This document shows positions 8,518 through 17,415 of a stretch of 37,894 nucleotides of DNA, piece after piece. The DNA comes from a virus. Taxonomy: Duplodnaviria; Caudoviricetes. Made by a program: the position numbers and the translations under genes. The notes below the pieces were generated by a model that was not told where the DNA came from, did no database searches, and saw only the letters and a program-made list of their open reading frames with translations. Where the stretch lies: IMG/VR virus record IMGVR_UViG_3300043783_000092, positions 1 to 37,894 of that record. One strand, written 5' to 3'. Position 1 is the first letter of the stretch, and each line of letters opens with the position of its first letter.

Positions 8518-10083
8518 TTATTTCACCTCCGAGTTAGTTGGGACCCGATGACGGGCCTTGAACATGTTGTTCAGTTCATCTGCGCGCTCCGCGCCAGTTT
8601 TGGCTGGCGAGCCGTCGGCTGCACGCGCCAAATGACGCTTACCTTCTTCCACCGATCGCCGGGCTTCTTCCGAGCGGCCAGTTGCGCCCGCTGCGAAGTC
8701 TGCATAGCTGCCCGCGCCATCGTGCTTGACGCTGGCATTGACGCTGGTGGCAATGGTGTCGAATGCTCGTGCCAGGTGCTTGGCCGCCGCACTGCCCTTG
8801 CCGGCCAGTTGAATGGCCTTGGCAATGTGGGGCTTGATGGCATTGAGCACAAAGGCAGCACCATCGGTTTTGCCTTCCTCGAACATCGCATCAAAAGCTG
8901 CCGCATCTGCTGCGTGGGCCATACGGCGAGTGCTTTTGTCCGGAGCCGCAAACAGCTCCACTAGCGGGGCTGCATCTTCTCCGTGACGTTCTTTTTCGTC
9001 CTTCTCTTCTTCCGTCTCAGCATCGTTGCCAATGCCGGGACTGCAGGTAGAAGGATCGGTTACGTCTGTGGGAGCGATATCTGCCACCGAAGAAGTTTCT
9101 TCACCCTCTTTGAAATGTTTGCCCATGAGTCCCTTCAGCTCCTCCAGGTCAGCGTCCTTGGCCTGTTCCGTTTCGGCGTGGGCCGAAAGAATACGATCCA
9201 GTGCGGCGTGCATACGCTTGCCATGATCGCTGGCCGCCGCATCTTCGGACTTCGGCTTTTTGTCTTTGTCGTTTTCCTCTTCCGTGGACTCGGCATCCTG
9301 TGCGCGTGCTCGAGTCACACTCGTGGCGGGCTTATTCGCTTTGCTGATTTCGCCCGCCGCTTCTGCAAGAGCTTCCGGCGTGGTGGCCTCGTCGGTCGCC
9401 AGCGCCTTCAGCCCTCGCCCGAGCAAATCCATCAGTATATTGCTCACGTGGGGTTTCTCCTTCTTGGTTGGAATTAGTTGCGGTTGTACGGCTACCACTG
9501 CGGGAGCCGCGTCGTTAATGCGCGCATCGTGACCGGCACGGCCCTTAGGTACCAAGGCCGCGTGGTTGCCCACGATGTCTGTCTGAAAAATCTTGCCGTT
9601 GCGGTGAGCTAGAGCGTAATTGTAACCAGAACTCAGCTCGCGCTCGCCGTTCTTAACTTTGGAAATAAGATCTGAGTGCGTGATAACAATGTCGGCCAGC
9701 ATGGGCCAGTCACCCGAGTCCAGCGGCTCCGCGCCCTTGCGCACATTTTGAATGTGGCCACGCTGGTAAAGGTCAATGTTTTCCGGAGTTACAAACTGGT
9801 TACCGGGCGGGTGATTGTCCGTAAAAGCCTTGCCCTCGAAACTTTGCAGCGTGTCGGGATGAAACACTTCCGTAGGATCACGAAATACCTTGATGTCGTC
9901 ATTGGGACTGACGTTGTCCAGGCCCAGCTTCTTAAGACCGTCCTCACCGTGCTCCCGAATCATTTCCGCACCTTTGTAAGTCTGGAACCCAGTGCGGCCA
10001 ATGACGGCGTCCCTGCAGACGAGAAAGCCCTCGGGTGTCTCGCCGATGTTGTCGGAAATACGAGATATATAATAACCTATCAT
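8518..10083 (-). CDS. DUF2213 prohead protease / scaffold protein
   Basis: TPEGFLVCRDAVIGRTG, VFHPDTLQSFEGKAFTDNHP, ELSSGY, NHAALVPKGRAG; acidic, Ala-rich scaffold-like C-terminal half. Confidence 0.9.
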   Translation of the reverse strand: MIGYYISRISDNIGETPEGFLVCRDAVIGRTGFQTYKGAEMIREHGEDGLKKLGLDNVSPNDDIKVFRDPTEVFHPDTLQSFEGKAFTDNHPPGNQFVTPENIDLYQRGHIQNVRKGAEPLDSGDWPMLADIVITHSDLISKVKNGERELSSGYNYALAHRNGKIFQTDIVGNHAALVPKGRAGHDARINDAAPAVVAVQPQLIPTKKEKPHVSNILMDLLGRGLKALATDEATTPEALAEAAGEISKANKPATSVTRARAQDAESTEEENDKDKKPKSEDAAASDHGKRMHAALDRILSAHAETEQAKDADLEELKGLMGKHFKEGEETSSVADIAPTDVTDPSTCSPGIGNDAETEEEKDEKERHGEDAAPLVELFAAPDKSTRRMAHAADAAAFDAMFEEGKTDGAAFVLNAIKPHIAKAIQLAGKGSAAAKHLARAFDTIATSVNASVKHDGAGSYADFAAGATGRSEEARRSVEEGKRHLARAADGSPAKTGAERADELNNMFKARHRVPTNSEVK

Positions 10084-10694
10084 TTCATTTTTCCCTTGCG
10101 CATTCTTTCAGCAGATCTTTCTTCCGCCAAATTTTCACGGTATGCTGGATGACTTGGGGATGTTATGGGAACTCGCGGACCTTCACGTCGTAATTCTCTG
10201 GGATTTTTTAATTTACGATTAAGCTCCGCGCCATGAAGCGCCGCCTTTGTTTCTTTTTTACCTCCCCCCTTCCAACTTCCAGCGGCATGATAAATCGCAG
10301 GATCGACTTCTTCTCGCCCCCCACCTCTTTTCCTCGCTTCCGCCGCAGCCTTGCGAGCTTCCGGTGACCAATCGTCGCCCGCAAAATAAGCATCGGCACA
10401 GCGTTTCAACTCTTTCATATCGGCGTCGAAACTGCGCGAATTCTGCGGGCTACTGCCGAGCACCTGGCCCAGCGACTGATCCATCACGGCTCCGGCCTTA
10501 CGTGCGGCACTGGTAGCCTGCTGATTGTAATTGTCCATACAGCGTTTCAGCTCCTTCATATCAGCGTCCGCCGTTTCCCCGCGTTTGTTCGCGGTAGCGT
10601 AAAACTCTCGCTCGCCAGCTTTCTCGCCGTTCTTTTCCTTCATCTCTTTCATCACTTCGCTCCCGTGACCGCCGAAGTATGCACTCACCGGCAC
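10080..10694 (-). CDS. Hypothetical head-associated protein with internal repeat
   Basis: GTG at 10694 with GGAGGT RBS; DADMKELKRC occurs twice; DWSPEARKAAAEARKR motif. Confidence 0.7.
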   Translation of the reverse strand: MPVSAYFGGHGSEVMKEMKEKNGEKAGEREFYATANKRGETADADMKELKRCMDNYNQQATSAARKAGAVMDQSLGQVLGSSPQNSRSFDADMKELKRCADAYFAGDDWSPEARKAAAEARKRGGGREEVDPAIYHAAGSWKGGGKKETKAALHGAELNRKLKNPRELRREGPRVPITSPSHPAYRENLAEERSAERMRKGKMK

Positions 10695-11104
10695 AAGGCA
10701 CCTCCCATGCGCGAAACCAGAAAACCAAAACAATTAATCTCAACCAGCCCCCGGCCACCGGGGTGCGGGTCGTGAACCAACTTACCGTTCAATCCCACAC
10801 AGGCGTGATTGCCGCCGCGTTCAGAAATGCCTTCCATGGTGTGCCACGTAAACCCAGATGCAAACGCGGGGGCGATGGCCAGATCATCGATTGGCGTCTG
10901 AATGTAAAACAGTCCATACTCCCGTAAAAACTGCTGCACCGCCAGGATGAACGGCGCTTCATCACGCGGAAAGTCCGGCACAGAGTGCAATGGGATTTCC
11001 AGCAAGCTGGCAATGCAGGCCTCGAAGCAATTTCCATTCAGCTGACCCACGCGCGTTTGCATCACCGGAAGAATTCGGCTATCCTCTTGGTGTACGTTGT
11101 CCAC
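10685..11104 (-). CDS. Small papain-fold / C39-like cysteine peptidase homologue
   Basis: Q...GNCFEACIASLL, NHACVG and VHDPHP give Cys-His-Asp in C39-like order. Confidence 0.6.
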   Translation of the reverse strand: MDNVHQEDSRILPVMQTRVGQLNGNCFEACIASLLEIPLHSVPDFPRDEAPFILAVQQFLREYGLFYIQTPIDDLAIAPAFASGFTWHTMEGISERGGNHACVGLNGKLVHDPHPGGRGLVEINCFGFLVSRMGGALCR

Positions 11105-11286
11105 ATGCCGGAAGCATGCTCCGGCAAAAACTCACTCGGCTCCGCGTCCTGAGCTGCAGAAGGTTCACTTTCTTCCAATAGCTCTGCAGTGCTGGCCAGC
11201 ACTTCACCATCGCCATCATCAACTTCAACGCCTTCCGGTTCCCAGCGATACCGCTCGCTGCGATCTTCTTCGTTAGCCACTGACAT
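11062..11286 (-). CDS. Small acidic protein (74 aa), candidate ART inhibitor
   Basis: ATG at 11286 with GGAG 7 nt upstream, overlapping the end of the portal-ART gene; MSVANEEDRSERYRWEPEGVEVDDGDGE... is strongly Asp/Glu-rich. Confidence 0.7.
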   Translation of the reverse strand: MSVANEEDRSERYRWEPEGVEVDDGDGEVLASTAELLEESEPSAAQDAEPSEFLPEHASGMWTTYTKRIAEFFR

Positions 11287-13912
11287 AAGAGCACTCCACA
11301 ATTTTGTCATGCACCGCTTCCACGGTGAACATGGAACCGCGCGGCAGAACCACCTCGGCTTCCGCAGGATGCAGACTGAAGCCCGAAACATCCAAACCTT
11401 TGTCGCCCTTCTTCACTTTGATACGAACCACCACGCCGTTGTTGCTGAAATTGTTCGCCGTACTAAAATTCTTGGAACAGGAAAGATAGCCGTTGTCCAG
11501 GATCGTCATTCCCTTTTTTATTTCAGGGCCAAACAGCGCCTGCACGTTGGCCGCGCCCCGGTACACGAAGCTATCTTCTACGAAGGAGTGCGTCTTCATT
11601 GCCGCGTCAATGTTAGCCGCCAGCTGTGCGTGGCCCGGAGCCAGTGGGGAACCGGTGCGAAGGCTCTTGTTCAGCATGGAATACGCACCGTTGGTATAAC
11701 TTTGCAGTGATGATTTTTGTGTTGGCGTCAATGGCACCGACGCGTGTGTCTTAGCCGCCGAAGGATTCTTAAGCTCCTGCTCCTTGGCAACTTTGGCAGC
11801 CTGTTCGTGGGCTTGGGTCTCCAGCGCCTTCGCCTGTTCTTCAGAAAGCGTTACCGTGGTTACGTTAGCCGGAGCAGGTTTGCTGGGATTCCACAACATG
11901 GAGGAATGATACCCAGGGTAGTCTTTTTTCAAAGCCTCCAACACTGCCGAAGAAAGCGTTGCTCCTTCTCCTGGAACGTTTTCCACCTTGTAGTACTTCC
12001 ACGTCCCGCTTGCATAGGTCTTGATAAAGATCGTATGGCTGGGCTTTGTCTTGGCTAACTCTTTCTCCAGCACGGGGGCCGCCACGGGGTGCTGTCCGGC
12101 CTCTTTAATTGTTGCTGAGTTCTTCGCAATGGCGGCCAGCTTGGCAGCCTTTTTTGCCTGCCACTCCGGCGTGACCTGCTTCATCTTGTTCTTGTACCAG
12201 GCGATGGACTTCAAGTCCGTCTTGGTGCCAAAGTGCTGCGAGGTAGCTTCCGCAATCTCCTTGTCAGAATACTTTCCCTCCTTGATATGCTGCATTGCAA
12301 ACGCGCCCGCCGTCTTGTGCGCGCCCTTTGGGATGGCCGTTCCTCCACCACCTGCTCCTGCTGTGAACTGGCCACCCCCTGCACCGCTCTTCACGCGTGG
12401 GTGCTCTGATTCAACGAACGCAGCGTCCCCAGCCCTGGCCGTTGGGGCTTCTTCCGTCTGCGCAGCCTCCGCGTTCATCATGTCTTCGGGCGACGGCGGA
12501 AAATCGTCGGGTGCACGGTTGATGTCCTCTTCCGTGATGTTGGTGCCGATGCCAGTCTGCGAGCTTGTCTCCTTCACTTCCTTCAGCGCCATCTGATGCG
12601 AAATGATCCCGGCGTTGTAATATGTCGTGATCGCAGTGGCCACCTTGCCAGCCAGATCGGCTTTTTCCTCCTCCGTCAGCACACGCAGCGGGGGGTATTT
12701 CAACTGAAAGTCTTCGGGCACGTCCCCGAACTCCGACATCATAATGACGGGGTACAGCTGCTGCTCCAGCACAGGGTTCAGCTCGTCGTCGCGGCGCTGG
12801 GCAATCTTTTGTTCGTAGATGCGCAGGTCAGCATCATTGCTTTGGGCCAGGCCCGACAACGTCCGGCCAAACAGTATGGGCACCGGAATCTCTGCGGCCC
12901 CGGCAATGTCCAGCTGAAACTGCTGGTACACGTCCGCCACGCCACCAAAAGAGTATTGGTGCGAAGTCAGCTGACCGTCCTTAGGCAGGTATAGCATGGA
13001 CTGATTGGACAGTAAGTGGTTCTGCGCTTCCTGGATGGCATAAAACTTAGAAGCCGCGTCCGATGAAGTACCCACCCCGGAAAGCAAGCCCGCCAGCTCG
13101 GGGTTGGTCTGGGCCAGGATGGACGCACGGAACATTAAGTTCAGGATTGCCGAACTCATGTTGTCGCGCTTGCGAACTTCCTCGTACGTCAGTGCCAGCT
13201 GCGAAATACCCCAGCGCGAGTGCGCTTGTAGCTCCGGCTGCGGAACCTCGGGGCCAATGAAGCGCAGGATGCGGGAATGATGCACGCGCATCTCGGACTT
13301 TTGCTCGGAGCGCACGTTGTAAAACTCCGGCAGATTGAAGTTACGTGGAAACTCAAAGTCCTGCGAAGCCTCGCTGCCGGGAGTGATGCCAGACCAGCGG
13401 TCGAACGGTATGAGGCCCCGGAAACTGTTAGGGTTGACTTTGCTCAGGTCAAGTGGCTCGTCCAGGGCCTTCTCGTGGCCATCAATCACCATCAGCGCCC
13501 CGGCCCCGCCAAACAGCCGCGCCCACTTCATCACCAGCGCAATGCTCGCTTTAGTACCCGTGCGGGCCATGGTGCGATCGAACTCCTGCAGGTCGTCCGG
13601 AGCCAGGTCGGATTGAATTTTGGGCCACGCGCGAACCATGTCCTGAACCGGAGCGTCGATGATGCGGCGACTCAACCAACTTGTTTCGTACAACGTCAGC
13701 ATCATCCAATAGTTTAAAGACATCCGAGTCATGATGTACTCGGTAGCCTCCGGAATAGACGGTGTCCCATAACCGAACCTAGCCATCACATTCCGCATCA
13801 TATCATTGGCTCGCCCAAGACTTAGCTGGGTGCCCATGATATCATCGCCGTACTCCCTACTGGGACGAATACGCCGACGTGGAAGATTCGTGGGTTGGTG
13901 AATGGGAGTCAC
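11273..13912 (-). CDS. Portal protein (DUF1073-type) fused to a C-terminal ADP-ribosyltransferase
   Basis: Residues ~1-495 are portal-like (LYETSWLSRRIIDAPVQDM, WARLFGGAG, HHSRILRF, AGAAEIPVPILFG). Residues ~728-879 are a VIP2/C3-like ART (LQSYT...LNKSLR, VYRG, YLSCS, EAEVVLPRG). One uninterrupted ORF. Confidence 0.9.
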   Translation of the reverse strand: MTPIHQPTNLPRRRIRPSREYGDDIMGTQLSLGRANDMMRNVMARFGYGTPSIPEATEYIMTRMSLNYWMMLTLYETSWLSRRIIDAPVQDMVRAWPKIQSDLAPDDLQEFDRTMARTGTKASIALVMKWARLFGGAGALMVIDGHEKALDEPLDLSKVNPNSFRGLIPFDRWSGITPGSEASQDFEFPRNFNLPEFYNVRSEQKSEMRVHHSRILRFIGPEVPQPELQAHSRWGISQLALTYEEVRKRDNMSSAILNLMFRASILAQTNPELAGLLSGVGTSSDAASKFYAIQEAQNHLLSNQSMLYLPKDGQLTSHQYSFGGVADVYQQFQLDIAGAAEIPVPILFGRTLSGLAQSNDADLRIYEQKIAQRRDDELNPVLEQQLYPVIMMSEFGDVPEDFQLKYPPLRVLTEEEKADLAGKVATAITTYYNAGIISHQMALKEVKETSSQTGIGTNITEEDINRAPDDFPPSPEDMMNAEAAQTEEAPTARAGDAAFVESEHPRVKSGAGGGQFTAGAGGGGTAIPKGAHKTAGAFAMQHIKEGKYSDKEIAEATSQHFGTKTDLKSIAWYKNKMKQVTPEWQAKKAAKLAAIAKNSATIKEAGQHPVAAPVLEKELAKTKPSHTIFIKTYASGTWKYYKVENVPGEGATLSSAVLEALKKDYPGYHSSMLWNPSKPAPANVTTVTLSEEQAKALETQAHEQAAKVAKEQELKNPSAAKTHASVPLTPTQKSSLQSYTNGAYSMLNKSLRTGSPLAPGHAQLAANIDAAMKTHSFVEDSFVYRGAANVQALFGPEIKKGMTILDNGYLSCSKNFSTANNFSNNGVVVRIKVKKGDKGLDVSGFSLHPAEAEVVLPRGSMFTVEAVHDKIVECSYVSG

Positions 13913-14106
13913 GCCGCCGCTCCTTGGGCCTTCCGGCGCTTATTAATCTTACGTAAATGCGGCCAACCTTGTGCAGCCATCTTTGCACGGCCTTTTACGC
14001 CTGCTGCAATACGTCCACGCACAGTACCACTAGTCTGGCCAACATAGCGTTTACCGCTGGCACGATGGGTCAAAAGATAAATTTTACCAAAAATAGGATC
14101 AGTCAC
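13909..14106 (-). pseudogene. Truncated GIY-YIG endonuclease remnant
   Basis: GKIYLLTHRASGKRYVGQT...R, then no catalytic Glu/Asn half; only 65 aa; overlaps both neighbours. Confidence 0.7.
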
Positions 14107-14917
14107 AAGGCACCGCTTCTACATCGTTTACATTTTTTGACAGAGCCTTCAGCGCTGCTGGATCTCGGGACACTCTTTTTACGTATTCGTAACGCTGCTC
14201 CAAAGTTCCCTGGGGGCGTGGGCAGTTCCACCTATGATAACCGTAAAAACCCTGATGAAATGCACGTGGTTCATTGGTCGGCCAGATAGAAAGCAAACGC
14301 CCGCGCTCCATCACGCGAGTTATCAGCCCATCCTGTTCTGTAAACTGATCGGCACGCCCGTCCTTGAATACCGTGTTCAGGTAGCCACTCATGTTACCGA
14401 AGTAGTGTTGATGCGCGTGCTCCACAATAGGCGCGAGGTTTTCTCGCTTAAAGCAGACACCGATGGACGCGTAACGGTTATCTACAATGTAACCGTCGTC
14501 ATGCAGACGTCCACCCTGTTTTAAAAAACGCGAGGCAATGGAACAGAACCATTGCCCCGCCGCCTGCGCACCCCGGTGCCAGGCAAAAAAGTCAGGACGC
14601 ACCATCACATCGTCTTCCACCAGATAAACAAACTCCGCGTCTGTTGTGTGGGCCTCCGCGTATGCTGTCATCACATTAAAAGTGTTGCCATCGTAACGGT
14701 GCCGTGTACGCCAGTTCACTGTCAGTGGAAGATGCGGGAACCGAGCAAGCACTTCGTTGATCTCCGGTACGGGCGGAGCCGTGCGCACCGCGTCGTGTGC
14801 GTCCACGTAGATGCGAACATCCATGCCGCTGATCTCCGGACACTTTGCTAAGTGCTCCAGACAGAGCCACAGCATCTCAGGGCGCGAATATGTCGGAATG
14901 ATGACGATGTCCTTCAT
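14099..14917 (-). CDS. Glycosyltransferase, GT-A fold (GT2-like)
   Basis: IVIIPTYSRPEML, VYLVEDDVMV (DxD-like), EQDG; ATGA coupling to the upstream gene. Confidence 0.85.
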   Translation of the reverse strand: MKDIVIIPTYSRPEMLWLCLEHLAKCPEISGMDVRIYVDAHDAVRTAPPVPEINEVLARFPHLPLTVNWRTRHRYDGNTFNVMTAYAEAHTTDAEFVYLVEDDVMVRPDFFAWHRGAQAAGQWFCSIASRFLKQGGRLHDDGYIVDNRYASIGVCFKRENLAPIVEHAHQHYFGNMSGYLNTVFKDGRADQFTEQDGLITRVMERGRLLSIWPTNEPRAFHQGFYGYHRWNCPRPQGTLEQRYEYVKRVSRDPAALKALSKNVNDVEAVPCD

Positions 14918-15621
14918 GACCACGCCTTGGGGTTCCACCAGCACTCGGCAGACGATCCCACGTCCAGCACCACCTTGCCCTGCGCGGCAATGGCGGGGCA
15001 GATATGCTTGCTGGCAGGCCCGGCGCTCACCAGCACCAGCTGCGCTGCATTGGCGCTGGCCGCCTTCACCACGTCATCCGCCTGCTGCCAGCTGTCCAGC
15101 TCAATAAAGTCGAACGGCACTCCACCCGCCACATCCGTAGCCACGCGGCCATCGCGGTTGATAATCAGCATACCGTCAGCCAGCGCAAACATGGCCTGCT
15201 TCTGTTCGGGTGTCCACACGCGCGGAAAGTTAGGCCAGATGAAGGGCTGACGGTGAATGAAGCGCCGAACATTACTTATACAGTAAGGAATCCAGCCATC
15301 TTGAGCCAGGTACGTGCACTGTTCCGCCGCCTGTAGCAAGCGCCGCTGAATCTCGCCACACGTGATGTCCACGGTGCCATAGCGCCGGTTCCAGTGGTCA
15401 GGAAAGCGCATCATCTTTTCAGCCACGTTGTGCGTTTCGCAATAATCCAGAATCTGTGTTTCGCCGTCCGACATGCGCACAATAGAAAACGCCTGCTTGG
15501 CCTTCAGTGCCATGCACGTAGCCAGGTAAGCCCCCTCCGGTGACAGCTCGTCCCGAAAACCGGGCAGCCCGTAAGGCTCATTGGGAAACTTGATGATGTG
15601 ACGCTGAAGAACGTCATTCAT
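14914..15621 (-). CDS. GT-D fold (DUF1792-like) glycosyltransferase
   Basis: FSIVRMSDGE and LVLVSAGPASK...VVLDVGS resemble the R-x-G-D-G-E and LGP...DIG motifs of GT-D proteins. Confidence 0.72.
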   Translation of the reverse strand: MNDVLQRHIIKFPNEPYGLPGFRDELSPEGAYLATCMALKAKQAFSIVRMSDGETQILDYCETHNVAEKMMRFPDHWNRRYGTVDITCGEIQRRLLQAAEQCTYLAQDGWIPYCISNVRRFIHRQPFIWPNFPRVWTPEQKQAMFALADGMLIINRDGRVATDVAGGVPFDFIELDSWQQADDVVKAASANAAQLVLVSAGPASKHICPAIAAQGKVVLDVGSSAECWWNPKAWS

Positions 15622-16193
15622 ATCATGGCTTCGATCTTAATCCCAGCCAGCACCGGCATCACATAGTTCGCCGTCTCGCGGTTCTTCACCGCGAACATCA
15701 TACGACCCCCCACGAACTGCGTAAAGAAACCCAACCGGTTCATTACCGGAACTGTCAACTCGCCCTTGTTGGCTCCGGTATTGTCGCAGTCGTCCAGCAT
15801 AAAGCAATCGCAGCCCCGCAGCACACACAGCTCGAACTCCGCTAGGTTGCGAATCGGATCATTGGAGGAGTCCAGGTAAGCGAAGTCAATCATAAGTGCT
15901 GACGGCAACGCAATCAGCTGCTCTACTGAGTCACCTTCCAGCAGCTGAACCTCGTCGCGCGCGCCCTTGGCGGTCAATACCTTATCCGCTGTCTTGGTAT
16001 CCAGGTCAATGGAGAAAAACTTGCCACCATGATCTTTGACCCAACGGGCGATGTACAGCGTGCTCCAGCCGTCATTGCGTTCGTAATTCTTTCCCTCACC
16101 CCGTATGCTGCCAGTTTCCACAATGTTCAACGGGCGCGGAACCAGCTCCGCATAAGTACTGATGGCCGCTGTCACCGCTTCGCCAGGTGTCAT
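15618..16193 (-). CDS. Class I SAM-dependent methyltransferase (Methyltransf_24-like)
   Basis: NIVETGS, FSIDLD, EGDSVEQL, IDFAYLDS, MLDD. Confidence 0.85.
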   Translation of the reverse strand: MTPGEAVTAAISTYAELVPRPLNIVETGSIRGEGKNYERNDGWSTLYIARWVKDHGGKFFSIDLDTKTADKVLTAKGARDEVQLLEGDSVEQLIALPSALMIDFAYLDSSNDPIRNLAEFELCVLRGCDCFMLDDCDNTGANKGELTVPVMNRLGFFTQFVGGRMMFAVKNRETANYVMPVLAGIKIEAMI

Positions 16194-16196
16194 TTA

Positions 16197-17042
16197 TTAT
16201 TGATACTCCGAAAGTAAAGTGTCGAGCCTTAATCCAAAGGCCCGCGCCTCTCGTTCGTAACTATCGCGCGAGAGTTCTCTCCAATCCTTCAACTCAAAGT
16301 CCGTCAGCTTCATTGCGTATTCCACAGATCTGGCAATGTCGTCCGCCGCCACTGCGTGCTCTGTACCCCAGTTCCGTGGCTTGCTTGTTGTAGGGGCGAT
16401 CAGCAACGCAGGATCAATCTCGTTCATGGGCGCAGCGTCCGTAGTAATCACGCAGGCCCCACAACCCAGGGCCTCGTGCAAAGCCATGCCGTAACCTTCG
16501 GCAGCCGATGGGCAGAGAAAGAACTGATACGAATTGAACAGCTGAATCAGTTCTTCCTCGCTCACACGCTGTGGCTCGCGCACCACCGTCAGTTCCACGC
16601 CCGCTAGCCTACAACCCTCCACGGTAGCTTCCGTGTTCTTCAACCCTGATTTACCGGCGACGTGCAGGAACTTACGCTGACGCGCAACTTCGGGGCGATA
16701 AAGATCGCGGGCACGCCAGCCGGTGTAGCGGCACCGGCCATTGACACGGTGCGCGAAGATTGCAGACGTGTTCTTCGTTTTGGCCAGCACACGGGAAAAC
16801 GGCTGCAGCTGCCAGTGCTCGAAAAACCACTCGGGGTTGGGCACCAGCCAGTTCGCCGGAGCCAGCCGGTAAAGCGCGGAAACCACCTCGAGGAAGATGT
16901 TCACATCGGCCTGCACGCCACCAAAGTGATCGAACTGCACACGGTTGGTGAAGTGGCCGCGCTTTCCAAGCTCCTCCTCCAGAACTCGAGCGTCAGCCTC
17001 CAGGCCCACGCCGTTGAAATTCGTAATTAGATTAAAGCGCAT
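16197..17042 (-). CDS. Glycosyltransferase, GT-B fold (GT4-like)
   Basis: FLHVAGKSGLK and LCPSAAEGYGMALHEALGCGACVITTD (E-x7-E); start taken at MRFNLITN. Confidence 0.88.
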   Translation of the reverse strand: MRFNLITNFNGVGLEADARVLEEELGKRGHFTNRVQFDHFGGVQADVNIFLEVVSALYRLAPANWLVPNPEWFFEHWQLQPFSRVLAKTKNTSAIFAHRVNGRCRYTGWRARDLYRPEVARQRKFLHVAGKSGLKNTEATVEGCRLAGVELTVVREPQRVSEEELIQLFNSYQFFLCPSAAEGYGMALHEALGCGACVITTDAAPMNEIDPALLIAPTTSKPRNWGTEHAVAADDIARSVEYAMKLTDFELKDWRELSRDSYEREARAFGLRLDTLLSEYQ

Positions 17043-17070
17043 CACCAGATCTTTGTATACGAAGGACAGT

Positions 17071-17415
17071 TCACCTGCGAACCGCTGCCACCGTATTCTT
17101 TGTAGTTGCAGCCCTTGATCGATGATCCATCTGACTTTCGGTACCGGGCATCTGCTCCTTGAGCTTTGTCTGCTCCGCGTCCAGCTCAGCAATGCGGACG
17201 GTGATGGCTTCCGCGGTCGGCACACGCCGCACGCCGTCGCATGTAGAACAAAACCGGACACCCGTGTCCACCAAGATTAAGGACTCCCCAAAAATCGAAC
17301 CAAGATTTTCGATCTTTCGCTGGCGGCAACGTGTCCCCACAATCTTAGGCACAGTAGCCGAACGGGGCCGCACAAAGGACACGCCGCACAACTCGCAGAT
17401 CTTCATTTCGCACAC
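17071..17415 (-). CDS. Zinc-finger hypothetical protein
   Basis: CELC...FCSTC pairs; co-oriented with the operon. Confidence 0.6.
   Translation of the reverse strand: MCEMKICELCGVSFVRPRSATVPKIVGTRCRQRKIENLGSIFGESLILVDTGVRFCSTCDGVRRVPTAEAITVRIAELDAEQTKLKEQMPGTESQMDHRSRAATTKNTVAAVRR

Noticed and set aside
12428-13912. Anti-CBASS Acb1 call, which databases sometimes attach to DUF1073 proteins
   Set aside because: I see no 2H-phosphodiesterase HxT/S pair; position and motifs fit a portal, and the appended domain is an ART.
16197-17261. 354-aa extended glycosyltransferase as given in the ORF track
   Set aside because: The extension overlaps the 17071-17415 gene; GT-like sequence begins at the ATG at 17042.
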